DNA from: Scyliorhinus canicula
Taxonomy: Eukaryota
Direction: 5' to 3'
Assembly: GCF_902713615.1 (NCBI RefSeq)
Contig: NC_052146.1
Span: forward strand, 270,633,350 to 270,697,349
Length of the DNA: 64,000 bases
How positions within the stretch are numbered: position 1 is the stretch's first letter; every line of letters starts with the position of its first letter. The notes under the pieces were generated by a model. That model had not been told where the DNA came from. It was given only the letters and a program-made list of their open reading frames with translations, and did no database searches. A program made the translations under genes and the position numbers. Of the stretch, positions 25,612 through 38,700 are shown piece after piece.

Positions 25612-28293
25612 AGGGTGAGGATTTCACTTCCGGTGGCGGCCATGGAGTAGGTCGCACATTTGATAGCTCCCGACTGTGACGGACGTTTGGACCCTTTCCC
25701 CCTGTTTTTTTCTGGATTTTATGGGATAACTCGGTGAAGAGTGAGACAGTAAGGAGAAATCGCACTCCGGTGTATGGAGAATTGGACCAGAAATAGCCAT
25801 GTGAGAAGACAAAGTCCAATAAGGAAGACGCGAGCAGAGCTGGTAACGCGGGAAAGCACGGCGGACAGCAAGGGCCGCAGGGCGATGGCACAGTGGTCGA
25901 CGGAGCAGCTGGTGAAGTTTTTCGAAGGCTGCTTCGCCAAGCTGAAGGAGGACACGCTGGACCTGATTAAGACTTCGATTGATCAAGTTGTGCAGAATCA
26001 AGAGACCCACAGGACAGCGGTCCAGGAGGTGGAGAAAAAGGTGACCGAGCACGAGGAGTACATAACCGTGCTGGAGACCAAAATGGAGATGATGAACGAC
26101 CACCAGAAAAAAATGTAGGAGAAGCTGGAGGACTTGGAGAACAGGTCCAGGAGGCAGAATCTTAGAATTGTTGGCATCCCTGAAGGCATGAGGGATCGGA
26201 TGCAAGGACGTTTGTGACGGATATTTTGGAGAAGTTGATGGGGGCTAGGGCGTTCCCTCGGCCCAGGAAGTGGATAGAGCGCACAGAGCCCTCGCAAAGA
26301 AGCCCCGAGCGAACGAGCCGCCGAGGGCGATGGTGGTATGCTTTCACCGTTTCCTGGACAAGGAACGCATTCTGCGGTGGGCCAAGAAGGAACGGAGCAG
26401 CAAATGGGAGAACTGTGAGCTGCGCATTTATCAGGATCTTGGCGCGGATCTGGCCAAGAGGCGAGCTGGGTTTAATCGGGCAAAACGGCCTCTTTAAGAA
26501 GGGGGTGAAGTTCGGGATGTTATACCCAGCCCGTCTGTGGGTCACACATGAGAAACGGGACTTCTACTTTGAAACACCAGACGAAGTATGGACTTTGATT
26601 AAAGAAAGAGGCTGGAGGCAAATTAAAAGACACTGAAGCCTTGGAGAAGTAGTGTGGCTGCGATTTGTTGTGCTGGGTTGTGTAAATATAAGTAGTGCTA
26701 TGTGTAATAAGAGGCTGTTTGGATGGCTTAAGGTAACTTTGTCTTGCAGGAAGCTGGTTAGAGGGGGGATGGGCTTTGGGGTTGGTGCTGCTTTTTAGGT
26801 GATTATTTTTCTAAAGTGGCTGTTTCTTCACTGTTTTTTCTGATGTTTTTTACTGGGCAATGTGATGCTTTTAAAATGTTTGTCCATGTGGGAGGAGAGG
26901 GGAGAGAACAATGGGGACAAATGGGAGGTCGGGAACGGCGACTGCCCGAGGGGGGGGGGGGCTTGAGGAGGCGGAGGCTGGAGGCTGGCCTAAAAAGGGC
27001 TATGGCTAGTCGGCGGGGGTGGGGAGCAGCTGGAAGCCCCCCGATCAGGCTGATTACATGGAACGTCAGAGGGCTGAATGGGCCGGTCAAGAGGGCTCGT
27101 GTATTTATGCATTTGAGGGTTCTGAAGGCAGACGTGGCAATGCTACAAGAGACACACCTGAAGGTTACAGACCAGACGAGATTGAGAAAGGGGTGGGTTG
27201 GCCAAGTATTCCATTTACAGCTGGACTCAAAGACCAGGGAGGTAACGATCTTGATCAGAAAATGAGTGGCATTCGAGGCGGGTAGAATCGTGTCAGACAA
27301 GGGTGGTAGGTACATAATGGTGAGTGGGAAGCTGGAGCTCTGAGAATCTGGGGGCAATGGAGGAGATATAAGAAGATGGAGGGAGCATCGATTTGGACCA
27401 CAATTTATAATAACCACAGGTTTGTGTCGGGTAGGCTAAATGGTGGATTCCGTAGTTGGCAAAGGGCAGGAATTAGGAGGATGGGGGAATCAATTTATAG
27501 ATGGCAGCTTCTCCCAGCTTGAAAGCTTTGGAGGATAAATTTAAATTGCCAGCAGGGAATGGTTTCAGGTATTTGTAGGTGCGAGACTTCTTGAGAAAAC
27601 AGGTGCCAGCCTTTCCGCTGCTGCCGCCACGGGGGATACAGTATAGAGCGGTCGCCAGTATCTGGGTGGGAGAGGGGAAGGAGCTTAAGGACAAGTGGGA
27701 GGACGAGCTAGGAGGAGAGATAGAGGCGGGTCCATGGGTGGATGCCCTAAGCAGGGTTAATACATCCTCATCATGTGCCAGGCTTGGCCTGATACAATTT
27801 AAGGTAGTCCACCGGGCACACATGATAGTGGCTAGGATGAGCAGGTTTTTCGGGGGAGAGGATAGATGTGCGAGGTGCGCGGGAAGCCCAGCAAATCATG
27901 TCCACATGTTTTGGGCATGCCCAAAGCTTAGAAGGTTTTGGCAGGGTTTTGCTAAGGCAATGTCCACGGTGCTAAAAACACGGGTGGTGTCGAGTCCGGA
28001 GATAGCGATCTTGGGAGTGTCAGAAGAGCCGGGAGTTCAGGGGGCGAAAGAGGCCGACGTCTTGGCCTTTGCCTCTCTGGTAGCCTGGAGACGGTTCTTG
28101 TTAATGTGGAGGGATTCAAAGCCCCCGAGTGTAGAGACTTGGGTTAGTGACATGGCTGGGTTTCTCAGTCTCGAGAAAATAAAGTTCGCCTTAAGAGGGT
28201 CAATGGTCAGGTTCACCCGGAGGTGACAGCCTCTCGTCGACTTTCTCGGGGAAAATTGAAAATGTCAGCAGATGCAGTATTCCGGAGGGGGGG
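25612..28293 (+). mobile_element. L1-clade LINE with 5' UTR, disrupted ORF1 and internally deleted ORF2
   Basis: ORF1 25774-26636 (coiled coil, LENRSRRQNLRIVG, IYQDL, LYPARL; stop at 26116 plus frameshifts). APE start LITWNVRGLN...QETH. Jump at ~27340 to the C-terminal region (CARC...HMFWACP). RT domain absent. Confidence 0.9.
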
Positions 28294-28826
28294 ATCTGCA
28301 GCATTCAGCAGACCACCATGACTCGAGATAGTCACTCTGCCGAGTACTACTGGGCTCTTTCAGAATGGTTCAGTCGTGAAGGTTTTGTTTAAGCATCCCA
28401 ATGATCTGCCAAATTACATATTGGATGGTAAAATATCTTTTGGTATGTGCATGCTGCTCACATGTGGATAATATTTGTACATCAGCCATAACCATTATCA
28501 AATCACAGCCTGCGCTGCCTAGTAGCTAGCCTGTGGTTTGTCCTGGTGACTCAAATAGAGGTGGCATAGTGAACTGATGCGAAATGACGGCATGACTGCT
28601 GTCAGGATTCTGGACATTAACGTGCTTTTTATACAATGAACAGTTGCTCACCTGCTGCATGTTGAGGGAATGTAATACATTTGGTTGTGGTACAGGGCAG
28701 AGTTGACTTGTGAAGCCTGCAGAGGTGCAATCATTGGCTCACTCCAACATGGGGAAGCTGGCAATCCTCACAAAGCCACCTGCTTGATCCTTCTGCTTGA
28801 AAGAATGAAATGCATTTGGTTTTCTT

Positions 28827-29051
28827 TTTTTTTTATAAATTTAGATTACCCAATTATTTTTTCCAATTAAGGGGCAATTTAGCGTGGCCAATCCACCTAC
28901 TCTGCACATTTTTGGGTTGTGCGGGCGAAACCCACACAGACACGGGGAGAATATGCAAACTCCACACGGACAGTGACCCAGAGCCGGGATCGAACCTGGG
29001 GCCTCAGCGCCGTGAGGCGGTTGTGCTAACCACTAGGCCACCGTGCTGCCT
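28827..29051 (-). mobile_element. V-SINE
   Basis: tRNA head (GGTTCGATCC), V-domain, A-rich tail. 16-bp TSD TGCATTTGGTTTTCTT (28811-28826 / 29052-29067). Confidence 0.92.
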
Positions 29052-30772
29052 TGCATTTGGTTTTCTTGGAATACAGAGCCACAGTGACCTCCCTTATGCA
29101 GCAGTGGACAGTAAACAGTGAGATGTAGCAAATATCCCTAGCTCCCAGCTTGGAGGGAGCCAGATGCATAGAGGTTTATTGCCAATGCCGTCTTCGCCCT
29201 GCTGTGAGGATGTAGTTGTGCTCGCACTGGCAGCAGATTTCAGTGAGGCAATCTGAATGGAGCAAAGACTTCTGTAATTGTTCCTTTCTGAAATTCAGGC
29301 AGGATGATTTTTCCACGAACACCTTGGTCAGAAATGGACATCAGCTGATGATCCTTCTTCCCCCTCCTCTGACCCCCTTTTCCAGAAGTGTGTCCTTCTC
29401 TGACACCCCTGCTCTTTTCCTGCTATGTTAGTAGTTTGCGCATAATCCTAGGAGTCAGATTAAAGTCCTTTTATGCCATACCACTTACTGTAGCCTTCAG
29501 CAAATTTAGACAACTCTGGAAACCAACAAAACCTCAACCATTACACAAACCACCAATAGAAATCAATCAGTAGCTAACGTACAAGTAGTTAATGATCCTT
29601 TGAAATAGCGTTGGTGGAAGATCCTGCTGCTGAATGCTTGCTTAACCATGCAAGGTGGAGCGTTGAACACTACAATGATATAGTGGTGTTAAATCAGTGT
29701 TACACGTTGATTGAGGTCAGTGTCTGCTGATGCTGCGTGACTGCTAATGGCCTCATTAAAATGGTATCGGGTGCTGCACTATTTTGTTTGAAAAATGGCC
29801 ACCACGGCACTGAAGATTGGGTGCTCCAGAGTCAGCCTTTGCAGCAACTAAACGGAGCAACTGAGTCAGATTGCGAATATGGATGTTTCTTGAACAAGGA
29901 AAATTCAAAGCACGCTCGTCAAATAGGAAAATAGGACCAGCTTATCTCAACTGTCACAACCACCCTGCCATATATTTAGATCAACACAAAGGTTACTGGT
30001 TAATTTCCTATTCTCTGCATATCTTGATAGGCAATTTCTTTCTCTCTGACATTTGGATTTCCTACCTCTGTTCAAAATTATATGCAGTCATTTAATCTGA
30101 ATACCATGTGCTGCTTCCTTTAATAGCTATCCGTTGCTGCATTTAAATTTTTTTGAAGGATAATTTATGATGCCAAAAACAAGGGGATTTGTTGCTTAGA
30201 TGGGACAGCTGCTGTCACTTTGTACATAAACAGTCCCCGCGCTGCTGAATATCGCTAGAAGTAATTAAACTGCACACTGTTTACCAGAAACTCAACCTGG
30301 ACTCTCATGTTTCTTATTTTGAGAAAAGGCAGTTAGTAATCGAGTTGATTATCACTGAAGTAATAAATTACCACAAAAAGGCTGCTCTTCACAAAATAAA
30401 AGGGAACAGATGTCGATCAAATGCAGAGGAAAAGCACAACAACAACAACAACCTACCAGCAGCAAAACATGCATCAAAAATTTACAAATGATTACTGAGC
30501 TAATTGAAGATGAGTGCAGATCATGCAGCTATTAGTGCACTGTCCCTTCTCGGTAATGATCTGGTTTTGAGTGCAGCACACACTGACAGGATGAACATTT
30601 CTTTTTACATCCCTGTTGATTATAAGCATCGTACATGAAATGTGCAGTGCAGTCTCAACCCAGGTGGTCAGTGGCATGAATAAACAGTCTACAATATCCA
30701 CAATTCTGTTCGAATTGACACAAAACTGTCAATCGTCAACCACAGTAGCAGTTTGCATTAACGCTGTAACTT

Positions 30773-31090
30773 GGGCAGCACGGTAGCACAAGTGGATAGC
30801 ACTGTGGCTTCACATCGAGAGGGTCCCAGGTTCGATTCCCTGCTGGGTCACTGTGCGGAGTCTGCACGTTCTCCTCGTGTCTGCGTGGGTTTCCTCCGGG
30901 TGCTCTGGTTTCCTCCCACAGTCCAAAGACATGCAGGTTAGGTGGATTGGCCATGCTAAATTGCCCTTCATGACCAATAAGGATAGGAGGGGTCATTGGG
31001 TTGCAGGGGTAGGGTGGAAGTGAGGACTTAAGTGGGTCGGTGCAGACTCGATGGGCCGAATGGCCTCCTTCTGCACATATGTTCTATGTT
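30773..31090 (+). mobile_element. Full-length V-SINE (HE1-like)
   Basis: GGGCAGCACGGTAGCA..GTGG A-box, GGTTCGATTCC B-box, V-domain, CR1-like tail ending GTTCTATGTT. Confidence 0.92.
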
Positions 31091-31094
31091 TAAC

Positions 31095-31272
31095 ACAGGG
31101 AAACCTACCGAGGAGCTTTAATGAAATCACCCTCATTCTTTTAAACTCCAGTGAATGTATGCACAGTCTCCTCAATCTCTTCACACAGGGCAATCCCACC
31201 ATCCCCAGGATCAGTCTGCTGAACCTTTGCTGCACTCACTCAATGGCAGGTATATCCCTCCTTATAGAGACC
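31095..31272 (-). mobile_element. Old CR1 fragment (another piece at ~34306-34400)
   Basis: QQRFSRLILGM...RLRRLCIHSLEFKRMR. QPWLTREVKDCIRSK on the minus strand at 34306-34352. Confidence 0.7.
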
Positions 31273-32050
31273 ACTTGTGCTGGTGGACAAGGATAAGAGT
31301 GGTCCTAGGGTGAATGTGCTAAATTGGGGGAAGGCTAATTATAACAATATTAGGCGGGAACTGAAGAACCTAGATTGGGGGCGGATGTTTGAGGGTAAAT
31401 CAATATCTGACATGTGGGAGGCTTTCAAATATCAGTTGAAAGGAATTCAGGACCGGCATGTTCCTGTGAGGAAGAAGGATAAATATGGAAAATGTTGGGA
31501 ACCTTGGATAACGAGAGATATTGTAGGCCTCGTCAAAAAGAAAAAGGGAGCATTTGTCAGGGTTGGAAGGCTGGGAACAGACGAAGCCTGTGTGGAATAT
31601 AACGAAAGTAGGAAGGAACTTAAGCAAGGAGTCAGGAGGGCTAAAAGTGGTCACGAAAAGTCACTGGCAAACAGAGTTAAGGAAAATCCCAAGGCTTTTT
31701 ACACGTACATTAAAAGCAAGAGGGTAGCCAGGGAAAGGGTTGGCCCACTGAAGGACAGGGGAGGGAATCAATGTGTGGAGCCAGAGGGAATGGGCGAGGT
31801 ACTAAATGAATACTCTGCATCAGTATTCACCAATTAGAAGGAATTGGTGGATGTTGAGTCTGGAGAAGGGTGCGTAGATAGCCTGGGTCACATTGAGATC
31901 CAAAATGAAGAGGTGTTGGGCGTCTTGAAAAATATTAAGGTGGATAAGTCCTCAGGGCCTGATGGGATCTACCCCAGAATACTGAAGGAGGCAAGAGAGA
32001 AACTTGCTGAGGCCTTGACAGAAATCTTTGGATCCTCACTGTCTTCAGGT
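31273..32050 (+). mobile_element. CR1 ORF2 internal fragment
   Basis: LNWGKANY...PWIT...KENPKAFYTYIKSKR...GPDGIYPRILKE. Stops and frameshift present. Confidence 0.9.
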
Positions 32051-32309
32051 GATTCATAGATTCATAGAATTTACAGTGCAGAAGGAGGCCATTCGGCCCA
32101 TCGAGTCTGCACCGGCTCCTGGAAAGAGCACCCTACCCAAGGTTAACTGGGTAACTGTCTGAGCGGAGTCTGCACATCCTCCCCGTGTGTGCGTGGGTTT
32201 CCTCCGGGTCTTCCGGTTTCCTCCCACAGTCCAAAGATGTGCGGGTTAGGTGGATTGGCCATGATAAATTGCCCTTAGTGTTGGGTGGGGTTACTGGGTT
32301 ATGGGGATA

Positions 32310-34198
32310 AAACATAAGAACATAAGAACTAGGAGCAGGAGTAGGCCATCTGGCCCCTCGAGCCTGCTCCGCCATTCAATTAGATCATGGCTGATCTTTT
32401 GTGGACTCAGCTCCACTTTCCGGCCCGAACACCATAACCCTTAATCCCTTTATTCTTCAAAAAACTATCTATCTTTACCTTAAAAACATGTAATGAAGGA
32501 GCCTCAACTGCTTCACTGGGCAAGGAATTCCATAGATTCACAACCCTTTGGGTGAAGAAGTTCCTCCTAAACTCAGTCCTAAATCTACTTCCCCTTATTT
32601 TGAGGCTATGCCCCCTAGTTCTGCTGTCACCCGCCAGTGGAAACAACCTGCCCGCATCTATCCTATCTATTCCCTTCATAATTTTAAATGTTTCTATAAG
32701 ATCCCCCCTCATCCTTCTAAATTCCAACGAGTACAGTCCCAGTCTACTCAACCTCTCCTCATAATCCAACCCCTTCAGCTCTGGGATTAACCTAGTGAAT
32801 CTCCTGTGCACACCCTCCAGTGCCAGTACGTCCTTTCTCAAGTAAGGAGACCAGAACTGAACACAATACTCCAGGTGTGGCCGCACTAACACCTTATACA
32901 ATTGCAACATAACCTCCCTAGTCTTAAACTCCATCCCTCTAGCAATGAAGGACAAAATTCCATTTGCCTTCTTAATCACCTGTTGCACTTGTAAACCAAC
33001 CTTCTGTGACTCATGCACTAGCACACCCAAGTCTCTCTGAACAGCGGCATGCTTTAATATTTTATCGTTTAAATAATAATCCCGTTTGCTGTTATTCCTA
33101 CCAAAATGGATAACCTTACATTTGTCAACATTGTATTCCATCTGCCAGACCCGAGCCCATTCACTTAACCTATCCAAATCCCTCTGCAGACTTCCAGTAT
33201 CCTCTGCACTTTTCGCTTTACCACTCATCTTAGTGTCATCTGCAAACTTGGACACATTGCCCTTGGTCCCCAACTCCAAATCATCTATGTAAATTGTGAA
33301 CAATTGTGGGCCCAACACGGATCCCTGAGGGACACCACTAGCTACTGATTGCCAACCAGAGAAACACCCATTTATCCCAACTCTTTGCTTTCTATTAATT
33401 AACCAATCCTCTATCCATGCTACTACTTTACCCTTAATGCCATGCATCTTTATCTTATGCAGCAACCTTTTGTGTGGCACCTTGTCAAAGGCTTTCTGGA
33501 AATCCAGATATACCACATCCATCGGCTCCCCGTTATCTACTGCACTGGTAATGTCCTCAAAAAATTCCACTAAATTAGTTAGGCATGACATGCCTTTAAC
33601 GAACCCATGCTGCGTCTGCCCAATGGGACAATTTCTATCCAGATGCCTCGCAATTTCTTCCTTGATGATAGATTCCAGCATCTTCCCTATTACCGAAGTT
33701 AAACTCACTGGCCTATAATTTCCTGCTTTCTGCCTACCTCCTTTTTTAAACAGTGGCGTCACGTTTGCTAATTTCCAATCCACCGGGACCACCCCAGAGT
33801 CTAGTGAATTTCGGTAAATTATCACTAGTGCATCTGCAATTTCCCTAGCCATCTCTTTTAGCACTCTGGGATGCATTCCATCAGGGCCAGGAGACTTGTC
33901 TACCTTTAGCCCCATTAGCTTGCCCATCACTCCCTCCTTAGTGATAACAATCCTCTCAAGGTCCTCACCTGTCATAGCCTCATTTCTATCAGTCGCTGGC
34001 ATGTTATTTGTGTCTTCCACTGTGAAGACCGACCCAAAAAACTTGTTCAGTTCCTCAGCCATTTCCTCATTTCCCATTATTAAAACTCCCTTCTCATCCT
34101 CTAAAGGACCAATATTTACCTTAGCCACTCTTTTTTGTCTTATATATTTGTAAAAACTTTTACTGTCTGTTTTTATATTCTGAGCAAGTTTACTCTCA
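32310..34198 (-). mobile_element. Young 5'-truncated CR1 LINE
   Basis: Uninterrupted ORF2 3' portion, 3' UTR and (TTCTTATG)n tail (AACATAAGAACATAAGAA on + strand). No obvious TSD. Confidence 0.95.
32407..34128 (-). CDS. CR1 ORF2 reverse transcriptase, C-terminal 573 aa (no endonuclease domain; 5'-truncated)
   Basis: NYRPVSLTS, QHGF, YLDFQKAFDKV, GVPQGSVLGP, FADD, LVRPHLEYCVQFW motifs. No internal stops. Confidence 0.85.
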   Translation of the reverse strand: MAKVNIGPLEDEKGVLIMGNEEMAEELNKFFGSVFTVEDTNNMPATDRNEAMTGEDLERIVITKEGVMGKLMGLKVDKSPGPDGMHPRVLKEMAREIADALVIIYRNSLDSGVVPVDWKLANVTPLFKKGGRQKAGNYRPVSLTSVIGKMLESIIKEEIARHLDRNCPIGQTQHGFVKGMSCLTNLVEFFEDITSAVDNGEPMDVVYLDFQKAFDKVPHKRLLHKIKMHGIKGKVVAWIEDWLINRKQRVGINGCFSGWQSVASGVPQGSVLGPQLFTIYIDDLELGTKGNVSKFADDTKMSGKAKSAEDTGSLQRDLDRLSEWARVWQMEYNVDKCKVIHFGRNNSKRDYYLNDKILKHAAVQRDLGVLVHESQKVGLQVQQVIKKANGILSFIARGMEFKTREVMLQLYKVLVRPHLEYCVQFWSPYLRKDVLALEGVHRRFTRLIPELKGLDYEERLSRLGLYSLEFRRMRGDLIETFKIMKGIDRIDAGRLFPLAGDSRTRGHSLKIRGSRFRTEFRRNFFTQRVVNLWNSLPSEAVEAPSLHVFKVKIDSFLKNKGIKGYGVRAGKWS

Positions 34199-35214
34199 GG
34201 GTGGAGTTGTTGACCTCGGGTAGGGTGCTCTTTCCAAGAGCCGGTGCAGACTCGATGGGCTGAATGGCCTCCTTCTGCACTGTAAATTCTATGATTCTAT
34301 GATTCCTTTGATCTAATACAATCTTTAACTTCTCTTGTTAGCCATGGTTGGATCGCTTTTGCTGCTGCGATTTTGTTCCTCAAAAGGAATGTAAATGGTT
34401 TAAACCAGGAGAAGCTACAAGCTAAATACAACTGAGAAAAGGAGAAAGCATTGGGGTGAAACTCAATTTTAGGAAGAGAATCTTGACTCAGTGGAAAATA
34501 AGATCAGGCAGGGAGGACAATTTGTGACCATCCATTTTGCATACCTACCCACGTTAAATTTCCTCCCTCCCCACTATATACATCAATAATCTCCTGCTTT
34601 GTGCAAAATAAATTATAGAATAAGATGGAACGGACTGGATGACTATTATATCTACATTTTTATGTTTTGTGGTTTTTAAAGAAAAGCAATGCTGATATTT
34701 GAGAAATATTAATTTTCTTGAACATCACAATGGGTTTTCAAGGATGATGCAGGGTGGATGAAGACAGTACTTACAATTAATGATTGCTCCTATTAGAAGC
34801 CTTATATCACCATACACAGCAGATAATATGAAGCTGCATCCAAATAATTATGTAAATTCAGTGGTAGGGAAAAAGTAAAGTTTATCAGCTTTTGGTTCAC
34901 TGAAAACTTATTTGAAAAGCTATTGCGTTTGGAAAGGAATTATGAGATTACATTTGATCAAAGGGGCTAAATTAGATAGCCTGTGAAAACAGGCATGAGG
35001 ATCACAGTGTGTGGCTTTGATGTAATGCAGGCAGTACATACTGTGTGCAGCCAGCGCCAACCACATGGATCAGCAGGGGGCCCAAACTCGTAAATTGCTT
35101 GCACTACATAAAACCATCCTGCACTACTTAAAGTTCGCCTGTAGCTCTTAAAATAAGATGCATTATGTCAAATGCTAGGAGTCCTTTGTGCACGGAATCT
35201 GAACTGGGAAAGAG

Positions 35215-35465
35215 AGAAAAATGACAGAATGTAGGGGAGAGTGGGCAGCTAGGTGTTCTGACATATTGGAGGTCTTGGTGGAAGAGATGGAAAGAGGGAG
35301 AGATGTCCTATATCCACAGGGCGCAGAAGGCCCTCCAAACCTACAGTGAAAGGTCAGTGGCAGTAGATTTCTGTGGAGGTCAATGACAGGAGTGCAGCAC
35401 TAATAATCTGGATGCAGTATCGTAAAAAGCTAAAGGACCTCACATGAATGGTCAAGGTCAAGGGA
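35215..35465 (+). pseudogene. Harbinger Myb/SANT-like exon remnant (within an old element of about 34960-37100)
   Basis: LEVLVEEMERGRDVLYP...QWQ*ISVEVN.RS....WMQYRKKLKDLT, Myb_DNA-bind_5-like. Stops present. Confidence 0.7.
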
Positions 35466-37559
35466 TACGTCTTCAAATGCTCCGTCTTACCAACTGCACT
35501 ACATCTGAAGACAATGCATTAATCACCACACCCCCATCACTCATAAACCAATAATCTCTATCAATCAGGCCTCATACCGAATATTAATAGCTCCATCTTT
35601 CCCGCTCATCACTCATATGCTGCCTCTGCCTTGCTGTTGCCTGTCATCCAGCCCAGGCATATGCTTGTTATGTCAAAGACCTTCTAATCAGAGAGCTGCT
35701 AGAGTTCATCCTCAAGGACCATCTACAGTCTCCGCCAATGAAAGTCAGCAGCTTTTCACCAGTAATGTTGCCTCTGGGGTAGCACTGCATCTTTTGATTT
35801 CTCTGTCAAAGAAGGCGGCGGCGGCAGGGTCATTGAATATTTTTCTGGCGTATGTAGACAGATTCTCGTTAAGCTAGGAAATGAAAGGTTATCAGGGGTA
35901 GATGGAAATGTAAAATTGGAAACACAAACAGATCAGCCAAGAACTTACTGAATGGCAGAGAGGCTGGAGAGGTCAAATGGTCTACTTCTGCTGCTCTTTC
36001 GTATATACATATACTGGTGACCGGACGTTTGACCGAAGATGCGCATCGAGAACCTTGTGGAAGTCCTGACACACAGACCTCGATGGGACTTGCCCAGGAA
36101 GGTTCAACTTCCAATGCACAATTCCCCTGTTGCCCAAGACCATCCACAAATGTCTCCAACTCTGAACTAGAATTGATACTTACCTGTGTAGTTAACAGAT
36201 AAGACAGATTAAAACCTAGTCTAGCTCATGGGTAATTACGCATTCAAACTCCAATCAGCCCTCTCACCCTCCAATCACACTCACTTGAGTACCTCCCTGA
36301 CCCAACCCGACTAGCAACCCCACCCCCCCCCCCCCTCCCCCCACCGACCTGACCCAACCAAACCCCTCACCCGACCTGACAACCATGGACCACCCAACTC
36401 GCCGCCAACTTTGCTCCAATCCTACTCAACCACCTATCTTACCCACCCTACCCACTTACCCCCACCCACCTCACCTACTTATCCCTACCCATCCACCCAT
36501 TTGCCCAAATCATCCACTTACTTACGTCATCCACATGCTCCCCTATCCTCACTCACCTATCCTCTACACACCTCAATTATCTACCCACCTATCCACTTAC
36601 CTTCCTCACCTACATACCCAAACACCCACTTATCCCCTACCCAGTTACTCACCTTACCACCTACCACCCTGCCCGCATACCAACCTACCCATTCACTCGC
36701 TCACCCCGTCACTCATTCTACTCTCCTGTTCACTATTATTCAAACTGGAGTTTTAAACCTACCTTACAGTAACTAGTGCCATCAAAAGGGGGCATGCCCT
36801 GTCTTCCCTGGACTCTACTCCCCTCCAAAGGATTTCCCCAGGAGATGCTGTGCTGTGGATTTCTGTGAAAGTTAGGTTTGGAAAACCCCGGTAGAAGTGC
36901 AAAGCAGTGGCGAATCAGAGGATTTAACATTCATTGTCACTACTCAGAAGATCCATGCCATTAAGTGCTTGCTACTATCTTTACCAAAAGGTTTCTTGTT
37001 TGCATGTGTCGCAAGTTATGCTGCAGGCATCGCTTACCGATCCCTAAGAGCACTCTAAGCACCAACAGGGCTGGTGCTGTGGTGCCTAATTTCTTGCCAC
37101 AACTGTTCTACATGTATTGAAGTCATGCACCATTCCTATGTACAAAACACCTCAACGTATTCCTGGCATTTTTGACCGAAGCATAACATTTTCTCCTGAT
37201 TAACCAGCGTTTTATTTTTAAATTTTCTCTCTATTTCTCCTGGCTCATGCTGAGGCACAGGTCTACATGTGCAAGAACCCCGCATCTCACCTGTGTGGAC
37301 ACTCTCCATCATACGATCTTAAATAACAATTTCAGCAGAGTATTTAATCCTGATGGCCTCACATCCAAGTGGCAATCATGTTCTTAATGGGCATGGGTAA
37401 ATCCTCACTATCCAGCAAAGACCACTGGACGCAATCAGGAGCAAGGTCGATGGCCAATTCTTCACCTCTTTAACCCAGCTTTTATGGCTCAACTCAGTAA
37501 AGTCTATTACCAACTCCTGCCTTTTGAAATGGCACGTTCCATTTAATTAATTTTACATA

Positions 37560-38700
37560 ACTATTTGGAGCATGATTGGGAAATTTGTAGATGACACAAA
37601 GATTGACCGAGTAGTGACAGTGCAGGGGATATCTATAATCTTCAAAACGATATAGATGGATTGGAGAAGTGGGCGATAAAGTGGCAGATGGAATTTAATT
37701 CAGCGAAGTGTGAGGTCATGGATTTAGGGAGGTCAAACAGTTGTTGGGAGTACACAATAAATGTTAATATAAGAGGGGTAGATGAAGTGAGAGATCTTGG
37801 TGTACAGGTACACAGGTCCCTAAAGGCAGCAGTTCAAGTAGACAAGACTGTTAAGAAAGCATATGGAATGCTCTCCTTCATTGGCAGAGGTATAGAATCT
37901 AAAAGTAAGGATATAATGTTGGATTTGTACAAAACACTCGTGAGGCCACAACTGGAATATTGTGTGCAGTTCTGGTTGCACATTACAGGAAGGACATTAT
38001 TGCTCTGGAGAGAGCGTAGAGGAGGTTTTCAAGAATATTGGCAGGGTTAGAAACGTGTGGTTACGAGGAGAGATTGTATACTTGGGGTTATTTTCCTTGA
38101 AACAAAGAAGGCTGAGGTGACTTAATTGAGGCGTACAAAATTATGAGGGAAGAGATAGGGTGGACAGAATAAAATTGTTTCCTGTGGTGGAGAATAGTAG
38201 AACCAGGGGACATAGATACAAGATAAGTGGCAGAAAGTGTAGAGGGGACATGAGGAAGAATGTTTTTATGCAGAGGGCAATGGGAGTCTGGAATTTGCTG
38301 TCCGAGTTGGTGGTGGAGGCAGAAACCCTAAACTCTTTTAAAAGGTACCTGGATCTCCACCTTAAGTGCTGTAAGCTACAGGGCTATGGACCGGATGCAG
38401 AAAGGTGGGATTAGAAAGGGCACCTAGTGGCTAGCACTGGGACTGCGGCCCTGAGGACCCGGGTTCAAATCCTGGCCCTGGGTCACTGTCCGTGTAGAGT
38501 TTGCACATTCTCTCCATGTCCCCCACAACCGAAAGATGTGCAGGCTAGGTAGATTTGGCCACGCTAAATTGCTCCTTAATTGGAAAAAAATAAATAAATA
38601 ATTGGGTACTTAAGGGCACCTGGGTGTACTTGGGCTGACATGGACAAGATGGACTGAATGGCCTCCTTCTGAGCAAAATATTTTCTATGATTCTATTTTG
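37560..38700 (+). mobile_element. CR1 LINE 3' fragment with a V-SINE (about 38425-38610) in its 3' UTR
   Basis: KFVDDTK, WQMEFN..KCEVM, LYKTLVRPQLEYCVQFW, TRGHRYK. SINE B-box GGTTCAAATCC at ~38462. Confidence 0.88.

Larger units (their letters stand above)
32051..34305 (+). mobile_element. 5'-truncated V-SINE (32147-32309 + 34199-34305) preceded by an inverted copy of its tail (32051-32146), split by a CR1
   Basis: SINE text ...ATGGGGATA | GGGTGGAGTTGTTGACC... joins across the CR1. 32051-32146 is the near reverse complement of ~34210-34305. Confidence 0.85.

Noticed and set aside
30773-30850. tRNA genes at SINE heads (also 11862, 56205, 60439, 63750)
   Set aside because: The A/B boxes are followed by SINE bodies and tails, with no complete cloverleaf.
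36290-36730. Pro/His/Thr-rich ORFs 36385-36776
   Set aside because: C-rich low-complexity tract inside an old repeat.
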